From: Eledone cirrhosa
Lineage: Eukaryota
NCBI GenBank assembly: GCA_964016885.1
Contig: OZ024741.1
Span: 246,884,001 to 246,948,000, forward strand
Length of the DNA: 64,000 nt
Direction: 5' to 3'
The position numbers were made by a program, and so were the translations under genes. The notes beneath the pieces were generated by a model. The model worked only from the letters and a program-made list of their open reading frames with translations. It did no database searches and was not told where the DNA came from. This document shows, one piece after another, positions 39,100 through 51,850 of the stretch (positions are counted from its first letter, which is position 1; each line of letters opens with the position of its first letter).

Positions 39100-42000
39100 T
39101 TTTTAAAAAAATTATCTCCCCTTGGACGGCTGGAAATTATCTCCCCTTGGACGGCTAGAAATTACCTCTCCTTGGACGGCTGAAAATTATCTCCCCTTGG
39201 ACGGCTGGAAATTATCTCCCCTTGATTTTTTTACAAATTATCTCCGCCTGATTTTTTTTTTACAAATTATCTCCCCCTGATTTTTTTTTACAAATTATCT
39301 CCCACTGATTTTTTTTTACAAATTATCTCCCCCTGATTTTTTTTTACAAATTATCTCCCCCTAATTTTTTTTTACAAATTATCTCCCCCTAATTTTTTTA
39401 CAAATTATCTCCCCTTGGCTGGCTGGAAATTATCTCCCCTTGGAGGCTGGAACTTATCTCCCCTTGGACGGCTAGAAATTACGTCTCCTTGGACGGCTGG
39501 AAAATATGTCTCCTTGGACGGCTGGATATTATCTCCCCTTGGACGGCTGGAAATTATCTCCCCTTGGACGGCTGGAAATTATCTCCCCTTGGATGGCTAG
39601 ATATTACCTCCCCTTGGACGGCTGGAAATTATCTCCCCTTGATTTTTTTACAAATTATCTCCCCCTGATTTTTTTTTTACAAATTATCTCCCCCTGATTT
39701 TTTTTTACAAATTATCTCCCCCTGATTTTTGTTTACAAATTATCTCCGCCTGATTTTTTTAAAAAAATTATCTCCCCTTGGACGGCTGGAAATTATCTCC
39801 CCTTGGACGGCTAGAAATTACCTCTCCTTGGACGGCTGAAAATTATCTCCCCTTGGACGGCTGGAAATTATCTCCCCTTGATTTTTTTACAAATTATCTC
39901 CCCCTGATTTTTTTTTTACAAATTATCTCCCCCTGATTTTTTTTTACAAATTATCTACCCCTGATTTTTTTTACAAATTATCTCCCCCTGATTTTTTTTA
40001 CAAATTATCTCCCCCTGATTTTTTTTTACAAATTATCTCCCCCTGATTTTTTTACAAATTATCTCCCCCTGATTTTTTTTACAAATTATCTCCGCCTGAT
40101 TTTTTTAGATATTATCTCTCCTTGGCTGGCGGGAAATTATCTCCCCTTGGACGGCTGGAAATTATCTCCCCTTGGAAGGATGGAAATTATCTCCCCTTGG
40201 ACGGCTGGAAATTATCTACCCCTGATTTTTTTTACAAATTATCTCCCCCTGATTTTTTTACAAATTATCTCCCCCTGATTTTTTTTACAAATTATCTCCC
40301 CCTGATTTTTTTTACAAATTATCTACCCCTGATTTTTTCTACAAATTATCTCCCCCTGATTTTTTTTTACAAATTATCTCCCCCTGATTTTTTTTTTACA
40401 AATTATCTCCCCCTGATTTTTTTACAAATTATCTCCCCCTGATTTTTTTTTACAAATTATCTCCCCCTGATTTTTTTACAAATTATCTCCCCTTGGCTGG
40501 CTGGAAATTATCTCCCCTTGGAGGCTGGAACTTATCTCCCCTTGGACGGCTAGAAATTACCTCTCCTTGGACGGCTGGAAAATATGTCTCCTTGGACGGC
40601 TGGATATTATCTCCCCTTGGACGGCTGGAAATTATCTCCCCTTGGACGGCTGGAAATTAACTCCGCTTGGATGGCTAGATATTACCTCCCCTTGGACGGC
40701 TGGAAATTATCTCCCCTTGATTTTTTTTACAAATTATCTCCCCCTGATTTTTTTTTACAAATTATCTCCCCCTGATTTTTTTTTACAAATTATCTCCCCC
40801 TGATTTTTGTTTACAAATTATCTCCGCCTGATTTTTTTAAAAAAATTATCTCCCCTTGGACGGCTGGAAATTATCTCCCCTTGGACGGCTAGAAATTACC
40901 TCCTTGGACGGCTGAAAATTATCTCCCCTTGGACGGCTGGAAATTATCTCCCCTTGATTTTTTTACAAATTATCTCCCCCTGATTTTTTTTACAAATTAT
41001 CTACCCCTGATTTTTTTTTACAAATTATCTCCCCCTGATTTTTTTTACAAATTATCTCCCCTGATTTTTTTTTACAAATTATCTCCCCCTGATTTTTTTA
41101 CAAATTATCTCCGCCTGATTTTTTTAAATATTATCTCTCCTTGGCTGGCGGGAAATTATCTCCCCTTGGACGGCTGGAAATTATCTCCCCTTGGAAGGAT
41201 GGAAATTATCTCCCCTTGGACGGCTGGAAATTATCTACCCCTGATTTTTTTTACAAATTATCTCCCCCTGATTTTTTTACAAATTATCTCCCCCTGATTT
41301 TTTTTACAAATTATCTCCGCCTGATTTTTTTAAATGTTATCTCTCCTTGGCTGGCGGGAAATTATCTCCCCTTGGACGGCTGGAAATTATCTCCCCTTGG
41401 AAGGATGGAAATTATCTCCCCTTGGACGGCTGGAAATTATCTACCCCTGATTTTTTTTACAAATTATCTCCCCCTGATTTTTTTTACAAATTATCTCCCC
41501 CTGATTTTTTTTTACAAATTATCTACCCCTGATTTTTTTACAAATTATCTCCCCTTGGCTGGCTGGAAATTATCTCCCCTTGGACGGCTAGAAATTACCT
41601 CTCCTTGGACGGCTGAAAATTATCTCCCCTTGGACGGCTGGAAATTATCTCCCCTTGATTTTTTTACAAATTATCTCCCCCTGATTGTTTTTTTACAAAT
41701 TATCTCCCCCTGGTTTTTTTTACAAATTATCTACCCCTGATTTTTTTTTACAAATTATCTCCCCTTGATTTTTTTTACAAATTATCTCCCCCTGATTTTT
41801 TTTACAAATTATCTCCCCCTGATTTTTTTTTACAAATTATCTCCCCCTGATTTTTGTTTACAAATTATCTCCGCCTGATTTTTAAAAAAAAATTATCTCC
41901 CCTTGGACGGCTGGAAATTATCTCCCCTTGGACGGCTAGAAATTACCTCTCCTTGGACGGCTGAAAATTATCTCCCCTTGGACGGCTGGAAATTATCTCC

Positions 42001-45000
42001 CCTTGGAGGCTGGAACTTATCTCCCCTTGGACGGCTAGAAATTACGTCTCCTTGGACGGCTGGAAAATATGTCTCCTTGGACGGCTGGATATTATCTCCC
42101 CTTGGACGGCTGGAAATTATCTCCCCTTGGACGGCTGGAAATTATCTCCCCTTGGATGGCTAGATATTACCTCCCCTTGGACGGCTGGAAATTATCTCCC
42201 CTTGATTTTTTTTACAAATTATCTCCCCCTGATTTTTTTTTACAAATTATCTCCCCCTGATTTTTTTTTACAAATTATCTCCCCCTGATTTTTGTTTACA
42301 AATTATCTCCGCCTGATTTTTTTAAAAAAATTATCTCCCCTTGGACGGCTGTAAATTATCTCCCCTTGGACGGCTAGAAATTACCTCTCCTTGGACGGCT
42401 GAAAATTATCTCCCCTTGGACGGCTGGAAATTATCTCCCCTTGATTTTTTTACAAATTATCTCCGCCTGATTTTTTTTTTACAAATTATCTCCCCCTGAT
42501 TTTTTTTTACAAATTATCTCCCACTGATTTTTTTTTACAAATTATCTCCCCCTGATTTTTTTTTACAAATTATCTCCCCCTAATTTTTTTTTACAAATTA
42601 TCTCCCCCTAATTTTTTTACAAATTATCTCCCCTTGGCTGGCTGGAAATTATCTCCCCTTGGAGGCTGGAACTTATCTCCCCTTGGACGGCTAGAAATTA
42701 CGTCTCCTTGGACGGCTGGAAAATATGTCTCCTTGGACGGCTGGATATTATCTCCCCTTGGACGGCTGGAAATTATCTCCCCTTGGACGGCTGGAAATTA
42801 TCTCCCCTTGGATGGCTAGATATTACCTCCCCTTGGACGGCTGGAAATTATCTCCCCTTGATTATTTTTACAAATTATCTCCCCCTGATTTTTTTTTTAC
42901 AAATTATCTCCCCCTGATTTTTTTTTACAAATTATCTCCCCCTGATTTTTGTTTACAAATTATCTCCGCCTGATTTTTTTAAAAAAATTATCTCCCCTTG
43001 GACGGCTGGAAATTATCTCCCCTTGGACGGCTAGAAATTACCTCTCCTTGGACGGCTGAAAATTATCTCCCCTTGGACGGCTGGAAATTATCTCCCCTTG
43101 ATTTTTTTACAAATTATCTCCCCCTGATTTTTTTTTTACAAATTATCTCCCCCTGATTTTTTTTTACAAATTATCTACCCCTGATTTTTTTTACAAATTA
43201 TCTCCCCCTGATTTTTTTTACAAATTATCTCCCCCTGATTTTTTTTTACAAATTATCTCCCCCTGATTTTTTTACAAATTATCTCCCCCTGATTTTTTTT
43301 ACAAATTATCTCCGCCTGATTTTTTTAGATATTATCTCTCCTTGGCTGGCGGGAAATTATCTCCCCTTGGACGGCTGGAAATTATCTCCCCTTGGAAGGA
43401 TGGAAATTATCTCCCCTTGGACGGCTGGAAATTATCTACCCCTGATTTTTTTTACAAATTATCTCCCCTTGATTTTTTTACAAATTATCTCCCCCTGATT
43501 TTTTTTACAAATTATCTCCGCCTGATTTTTTTAAATGTTATCTCTCCTTGGCTGGCGGGAAATTATCTCCCCTTGGACGGCTGGAAATTATCTCCCCTTG
43601 GAAGGATGGAAATTATCTCCCCTTGGACGGCTGAAAATTATCTACCCCTGATTTTTTTTACAAATTATCTCCCCCTGATTTTTTTTACAAATTATCTCCC
43701 CCTGATTTTTTTTACAAATTATCTACCCCTGATTTTTTCTACAAATTATCTCCCCCTGATTTTTTTTACAAATTATCTCCCCCTGATTTTTTTACAAATT
43801 ATCTCCCCCTGATTTTTTTACAAATTATCTCCCCCTGATTTTTTTTTACAAATTATCTCCCCCTGATTTTTTTACAAATTATCTCCCCTTGGCTGGCTGG
43901 AAATTATCTCCCCTTGGAGGCTGGAACTTATCTCCCCTTGGACGGCTAGAAATTACCTCTCCTTGGACGGCTGGAAAATATGTCTCCTTGGACGGCTGGA
44001 TATTATCTCCCCTTGGACGGCTGGAAATTATCTCCCCTTGGACGGCTGGAAATTAACTCCGCTTGGATGGCTAGATATTACCTCCCCTTGGACGGCTGGA
44101 AATTATCTCCCCTTGATTTTTTTTACAAATTATCTCCCCCTGATTTTTTTTTACAAATTATCTCCCCCTGATTTTTTTTTACAAATTATCTCCCCCTGAT
44201 TTTTGTTTACAAATTATCTCCGCCTGATTTTTTTAAAAAAATTATCTCCCCTTGGACGGCTGGAAATTATCTCCCCTTGGACGGCTAGAAATTACCTCCT
44301 TGGACGGCTGAAAATTATCTCCCCTTGGACGGCTGGAAATTATCTCCCCTTGATTTTTTTACAAATTATCTCCCCCTGATTTTTTTTTTACAAATTATCT
44401 CCCCCTGATTTTTTTTACAAATTATCTACCCCTGATTTTTTTTTACAAATTATCTCCCCCTGATTTTTTTTACAAATTATCTCCCCTGATTTTTTTTTAC
44501 AAATTATCTCCCCCTGATTTTTTTACAAATTATCTCCCCCTGATTTTTTTACAAATTATCTCCGCCTGATTTTTTTAAATATTATCTCTCCTTGGCTGGC
44601 GGGAAATTATCTCCCCTTGGACGGCTGGAAATTATCTCCCCTTGGAAGGATGGAAATTATCTCCCCTTGGACGGCTGGAAATTATCTACCCCTGATTTTT
44701 TTTACAAATTATCTCCCCCTGATTTTTTTACAAATTATCTCCCCCTGATTTTTTTTACAAATTATCTCCGCCTGATTTTTTTAAATGTTATCTCTCCTTG
44801 GCTGGCGGGAAATTATCTCCCCTTGGACGGCTGGAAATTATCTCCCCTTGGAAGGATGGAAATTATCTCCCCTTGGACGGCTGGAAATTATCTACCCCTG
44901 ATTTTTTTTACAAATTATCTCCCCCTGATTTTTTTTACAAATTATCTCCCCCTGATTTTTTTTTACAAATTATCTACCCCTGATTTTTTTACAAATTATC

Positions 45001-45600
45001 TCCCCTTGGCTGGCTGGAAATTATCTCCCCTTGGACGGCTAGAAATTACCTCTCCTTGGACGGCTGAAAATTATCTCCCCTTGGACGGCTGGAAATTATC
45101 TCCCCTTGATTTTTTTACAAATTATCTCCCCCTGATTGTTTTTTTACAAATTATCTCCCCCTGGTTTTTTTTACAAATTATCTACCCCTGATTTTTTTTT
45201 ACAAATTATCTCCCCTTGATTTTTTTTACAAATTATCTCCCCCTGATTTTTTTTACAAATTATCTCCCCCTGATTTTTTTTTACAAATTATCTCCCCCTG
45301 ATTTTTGTTTACAAATTATCTCCGCCTGATTTTTTAAAAAAAATTATCTCCCCTTGGACGGCTGGAAATTATCTCCCCTTGGACGGCTAGAAATTACCTC
45401 TCCTTGGACGGCTGAAAATTATCTCCCCTTGGACGGCTGGAAATTATCTCCCCTTGGAGGCTGGAACTTATCTCCCCTTGGACGGCTAGAAATTACGTCT
45501 CCTTGGACGGCTGGAAAATATGTCTCCTTGGACGGCTGGATATTATCTCCCCTTGGACGGCTGGAAATTATCTCCCCTTGGACGGCTGGAAATTATCTCC
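39100..45600 (+). repeat. Tandem duplication, period ~3.2-3.45 kb
   Basis: ORF starts 39415/42634, 40567/43963, 41141/44592 and 41903/45354. Private variants AATTAACTCCGCTTGG, CTGATTGTTT (41681/45132) and CCCTGGTTTT. Confidence 0.85.
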
Positions 45601-46420
45601 CCTTGGAAGGATGGAAATTATCTCCCCTTGGAGGGCTGAAAATTATCTACCCCTGATTTTTTTTACAAATTATCTCCCCCTGATTTTTTTTACAAATTAT
45701 CTCCCCCTGATTTTTTTTACAAATTATCTCCCCCTGATTTTTTTTACAAATTATCTCCGCCTGATTTTTTTAAATGTTATCTCTCCTTGGCTGGCGGGAA
45801 ATTATCTCCCCTTGGACGGCTGGAAATTATCTCCCCTTGGAAGGATGGAAATTATCTCCCCTTGGACGGCTGGAAATTATCTACCCCTGATTTTTTTTAC
45901 AAATTATCTCCCCCTGATTTTTTTTACAAATTATCTCCCCCTGATTTTTTTTTACAAATTATCTACCCCTGATTTTTTTAAATGTTATCTCTCCTTGGCT
46001 GGCGGGAAATTATCTCCCCTTGGACGGCTGGAAATTATCTCCCCTTGGAAGGATGGAAATTATCTCCCCTTGGAGGGCTGAAAATTATCTACCCCTGATT
46101 TTTTTTACAAATTATCTCCCCCTGATTTTTTTTACAAATTATCTCCCCCTGATTTTTTTTACAAATTATCTCCCCCTGATTTTTTTTACAAATTATCTCC
46201 GCCTGATTTTTTTAAATGTTATCTCTCCTTGGCTGGCGGGAAATTATCTCCCCTTGGACGGCTGGAAATTATCTCCCCTTGGAAGGATGGAAATTATCTC
46301 CCCTTGGACGGCTGGAAATTATCTACCCCTGATTTTTTTTACAAATTATCTCCCCCTGATTTTTTTTACAAATTATCTCCCCCTGATTTTTTTTTACAAA
46401 TTATCTACCCCTGATTTTTT
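45580..46420 (+). repeat. 442-bp tandem duplication of a P-B-P-B unit
   Basis: TTGGAAGGATGG...GGAGGGCTGA at 45603 and 46045, and ORF starts 45787/46229. Confidence 0.8.
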
Positions 46421-47999
46421 TACAAATTATCTCCCCTTGGCTGGCTGGAAATTATCTCCCCTTGGACGGCTAGAAATTACCTCTCCTTGGACGGCTGAAA
46501 ATTATCTCCCCTTGGACGGCTGGAAATTATCTCCCCTTGATTTTTTTACAAATTATCTCCCCCTGATTTTTTTTTTACAAATTATCTCCCCCTGATTTTT
46601 TTTTACAAATTATCTACCCCTGATTTTTTTTTACAAATTATCTCCCCTTGATTTTTTTTACAAATTATCTCCCCCTGATTTTTTTTACAAATTATCTCCC
46701 CCTGATTTTTTTTTACAAATTATCTCCCCCTGATTTTTGTTTACAAATTATCTCCCCCTGATTTTTTTTTACAAATTATCTCCCCCTGATTTTTTTTTAC
46801 AAATTATCTCCCCCTAATTTTTTTTTACAAATTATCTCCCCCTAATTTTTTTACAAATTATCTCCCCTTGGCTGGCTGGAAATTATCTCCCCTTGGAGGC
46901 TGGAACTTATCTCCCCTTGGACGGCTAGAAATTACGTCTCCTTGGACGGCTGGAAAATATGTCTCCTTGGACGGCTGGATATTATCTCCCCTTGGACGGC
47001 TGGAAATTATCTCCCCTTGGACGGCTGGAAATTATCTCCCCTTGGATGGCTAGATATTACCTCCCCTTGGACGGCTGGAAATTATCTCCCCTTGATTTTT
47101 TTTACAAATTATCTCCCCCTGATTTTTTTTTACAAATTATCTCCCCCTGATTTTTTTTTACAAATTATCTCCCCCTGATTTTTGTTTACAAATTATCTCC
47201 GCCTGATTTTTTAAAAAAAATTATCTCCCCTTGGACGGCTGGAAATTATCTCCCCTTGGACGGCTAGAAATTACCTCTCCTTGGACGGCTGAAAATTATC
47301 TCCCCTTGGACGGCTGGAAATTATCTCCCCTTGATTTTTTTACAAATTATCTCCCCCTGATTTTTTTTTACAAATTATCTCCCCCTGATTTTTTTTTACA
47401 AATTATCTACCCCTGATTTTTTTTTACAAATTATCTCCCCCTGATTTTTTTTACAAATTATCTCCCCCTGATTTTTTTTTACAAATTATCTCCCCCTGAT
47501 TTTTTTACAAATTATCTCCCCCTGATTTTTTTTACAAATTATCTCCGCCTGATTTTTTTAAATATTATCTCTCCTTGGCTGGCGGGAAATTATCTCCCCT
47601 TGGACGGCTGGAAATTATCTCCCCTTGGAAGGATGGAAATTATCTCCCCTTGGACGGCTGGAAATTATCTACCCCTGATTTTTTTTACAAATTATCTCCC
47701 CCTGATTTTTTTACAAATTATCTCCCCCTGATTTTTTTTACAAATTATCTCCGCCTGATTTTTTTAAATGTTATCTCTCCTTGGCTGGCGGGAAATTATC
47801 TCCCCTTGGACGGCTGGAAATTATCTCCCCTTGGAAGGATGGAAATTATCTCCCCTTGGAGGGCTGAAAATTATCTACCCCTGATTTTTTTTACAAATTA
47901 TCTCCCCCTGATTTTTTTTACAAATTATCTCCCCCTGATTTTTTTTACAAATTATCTACCCCTGATTTTTTTTACAAATTATCTCCCCCTGATTTTTTT

Positions 48000-50900
48000 T
48001 ACAAATTATCTCCCCCTGATTTTTTTTTTACAAATTATCTCCCCCTGATTTTTTTACAAATTATCTCCCCCTGATTTTTTTTTTACAAATTATCTCCCCC
48101 TGATTTTTTTACAAATTATCTCCCCTTGGCTGGCTGGAAATTATCTCCCCTTGGAGGCAGGAACTTATCTCCCCTTGGACGGCTAGAAATTACCTCTCCT
48201 TGGACGACTGGAAAATATGTCTCCTTGGACGGCTGGATATTATCTCCCCTTGGACGGCTGGAAATTATCTCCCCTTGGACGGCTGGAAATTATCTACCCC
48301 TGATTTTTTTTACAAATTATCTCCCCCTGATTTTTTTTACAAATTATCTCCCCCTGATTTTTTTTTACAAATTATCTACCCCTGATTTTTTTACAAATTA
48401 TCTCCCCTTGGCTGGCTGGAAATTATCTCCCCTTGGACGGCTAGAAATTACCTCTCCTTGGACGGCTGAAAATTATCTCCCCTTGGACGGCTGGAAATTA
48501 TCTCCCCTTGATTTTTTTACAAATTATCTCCCCCTGATTTTTTTTTTACAAATTATCTCCCCCTGATTTTTTTTTACAAATTATCTACCCCTGATTTTTT
48601 TTTACAAATTATCTCCCCTTGATTTTTTTTACAAATTATCTCCCCCTGATTTTTTTTACAAATTATCTCCCCCTGATTTTTTTTTACAAATTATCTCCCC
48701 CTGATTTTTGTTTACAAATTATCTCTGCCTGATTTTTTTTTTACAAATTATCTCCCCCTGATTTTTTTTTACAAATTATCTCCCCCTGATTTTTTTTTAC
48801 AAATTATCTCCCCCTGATTTTTTTTTACAAATTATCTCCCCCTAATTTTTTTTTACAAATTATCTCCCCCTAATTTTTTTACAAATTATCTCCCCTTGGC
48901 TGGCTGGAAATTATCTCCCCTTGATTTTTTTTACAAATTATCTCCCCCTGATTTTTTTTTACAAATTATCTCCCCCTGATTTTTTTTTACAAATTATCTC
49001 CCCCTAATTTTTTTTTACAAATTATCTCCCCCTAATTTTTTTACAAATTATCTCCCCTTGGCTGGCTGGAAATTATCTCCCCTTGGAGGCTGGAACTTAT
49101 CTCCCCTTGGACGGCTAGAAATTACGTCTCCTTGGACGGCTGGAAAATATGTCTCCTTGGACGGCTGGATATTATCTCCCCTTGGACGGCTGGAAATTAT
49201 CTCCCCTTGGACGGCTGGAAATTATCTCCCCTTGGATGGCTAGATATTACCTCCCCTTGGACGGCTGGAAATTATCTCCCCTTGATTTTTTTTACAAATT
49301 ATCTCCCCCTGATTTTTTTTTACAAATTATCTCCCCCTGATTTTTTTTTACAAATTATCTCCGCCTGATTTTTTTAAAAAAATTATCTCCCCTTGGACGG
49401 CTGGAAATTATCTCCCCTTGGACGGCTAGAAATTACCTCTCCTTGGACGGCTGAAAATTATCTCCCCTTGGACGGCTGGAAATTATCTCCCCTTGATTTT
49501 TTTACAAATTATCTCCCCCTGATTTTTTTTTACAAATTATCTCCCCCTGATTTTTTTTTACAAATTATCTACCCCTGATTTTTTTTTACAAATTATCTCC
49601 CCCTGATTTTTTTTACAAATTATCTCCCCCTGATTTTTTTTTACAAATTATCTCCCCCTGATTTTTTTACAAATTATCTCCCCCTGATTTTTTTTACAAA
49701 TTATCTCCGCCTGATTTTTTTTAATATTATCTCTCCTTGGCTGGCGGGAAATTATCTCCCCTTGGACGGCTGGAAATTATCTCCCCTTGGAAGGATGGAA
49801 ATTATCTCCCCTTGGACGGCTGGAAATTATCTACCCCTGATTTTTTTTACAAATTATCTCCCCCTGATTTTTTTACAAATTATCTCCCGCTGATTTTTTT
49901 TACAAATTATCTCCGCCTGATTTTTTTAAATGTTATCTCTCCTTGGCTGGCGGGAAATTATCTACCCTTGGACGGCTGGAAATTATCTCCCCTTGGAGGC
50001 TGGAACTTATCTCCCCTTGGACGGCTAGAAATTACCTCTCCTTGGACGGCTGGAAAATATGTCTCCTTGGACGGCTGGATATTATCTCCCCTTGGACGGC
50101 TGGAAATTATCTCCCCTTGGACGGCTGGAAATTATCTCCCCTTGGATGGCTAGATATTACCTCCCCTTGGACGGCTGGAAATTATCTCCCCTTGATTTTT
50201 TTTACAAATTATCTCCCCCTGATTTTTTTTTACAAATTATCTCCCCCTGATTTTTTTTTACAAATTATCTCCCCCTGATTTTTGTTTACAAATTATCTCC
50301 GCCTGATTTTTTTAAAAAAATTATCTCCCCTTGGACGGCTGGAAATTATCTCCCCTTGGACGGCTAGAAATTACCTCTCCTTGGACGGCTGAAAATTATC
50401 TCCCCTTGGACGGCTGGAAATTATCTCCCCTTGATTTTTTTACAAATTATCTCCCCCTGATTTTTTTTTTACAAATTATCTCCCCCTGATTTTTTTTTTA
50501 CAAATTATCTCCCCCTGATTTTTTTACAAATTATCTCCCCCTGATTTTTTTTTTACAAATTATCTCCCCCTGATTTTTTTACAAATTATCTCACCTTGGC
50601 TGGCTGGAAATTATCTCCCCTTGGAGGCAGGAACTTATCTCCCCTTGGACGGCTAGAAATTACCTCTCCTTGGACGGCTGGAAAATATGTCTCCTTGGAC
50701 GGCTGGATATTATCTCCCCTTGGACGGCTGGAAATTATCTCCCCTTGGACGGCTGGAAATTATCTACCCCTGATTTTTTTTACAAATTATCTCCCCCTGA
50801 TTTTTTTTACAAATTATCTCCCCCTGATTTTTTTTTACAAATTATCTACCCCTGATTTTTTTACAAATTATCTCCCCTTGGCTGGCTGGAAATTATCTCC

Positions 50901-51850
50901 CCTTGGACGGCTAGAAATTACCTCTCCTTGGACGGCTGAAAATTATCTCCCCTTGGACGGCTGGAAATTATCTCCCCTTGATTTTTTTACAAATTATCTC
51001 CCCCTGATTTTTTTTTTACAAATTATCTCCCCCTGATTTTTTTTTACAAATTATCTACCCCTGATTTTTTTTTACAAATTATCTCCCCTTGATTTTTTTT
51101 ACAAATTATCTCCCCCTGATTTTTTTTACAAATTATCTCCCCCTGATTTTTTTTTACAAATTATCTCCCCCTGATTTTTGTTTACAAATTATCTCTGCCT
51201 GATTTTTTTTTTACAAATTATCTCCCCCTGATTTTTTTTTACAAATTATCTCCCCCTGATTTTTTTTTACAAATTATCTCCCCCTGATTTTTTTTTACAA
51301 ATTATCTCCCCCTAATTTTTTTTTACAAATTATCTCCCCCTAATTTTTTTACAAATTATCTCCCCTTGGCTGGCTGGAAATTATCTCCCGTTGATTTTTT
51401 TTACAAATTATCTCCCCCTGATTTTTTTTTACAAATTATCTCCCCCTGATTTTTTTTTACAAATTATCTCCCCCTAATTTTTTTTTACAAATTATCTCCC
51501 CCTAATTTTTTTACAAATTATCTCCCCTTGGCTGGCTGGAAATTATCTCCCCTTGGAGGCTGGAACTTATCTCCCCTTGGACGGCTAGAAATTACGTCTC
51601 CTTGGACGGCTGGAAAATATGTCTCCTTGGACGGCTGGATATTATCTCCCCTTGGACGGCTGAAAATTATCTCCCCTTGGACGGCTGGAAATTATCTCCC
51701 CTTGGATGGCTAGATATTACCTCCCCTTGGACGGCTGGAAATTATCTCCCCTTGATTTTTTTTACAAATTATCTCCCCCTGATTTTTTTTTACAAATTAT
51801 CTCCCCCTGATTTTTTTTTACAAATTATCTCCCCCTGATTTTTGTTTACA
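48000..51850 (+). repeat. Local duplication, offset 2,470 bp
   Basis: ATCTCTGCCT at 48721/51191, and ORF starts 48126/50596 and 49058/51528. Confidence 0.83.
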
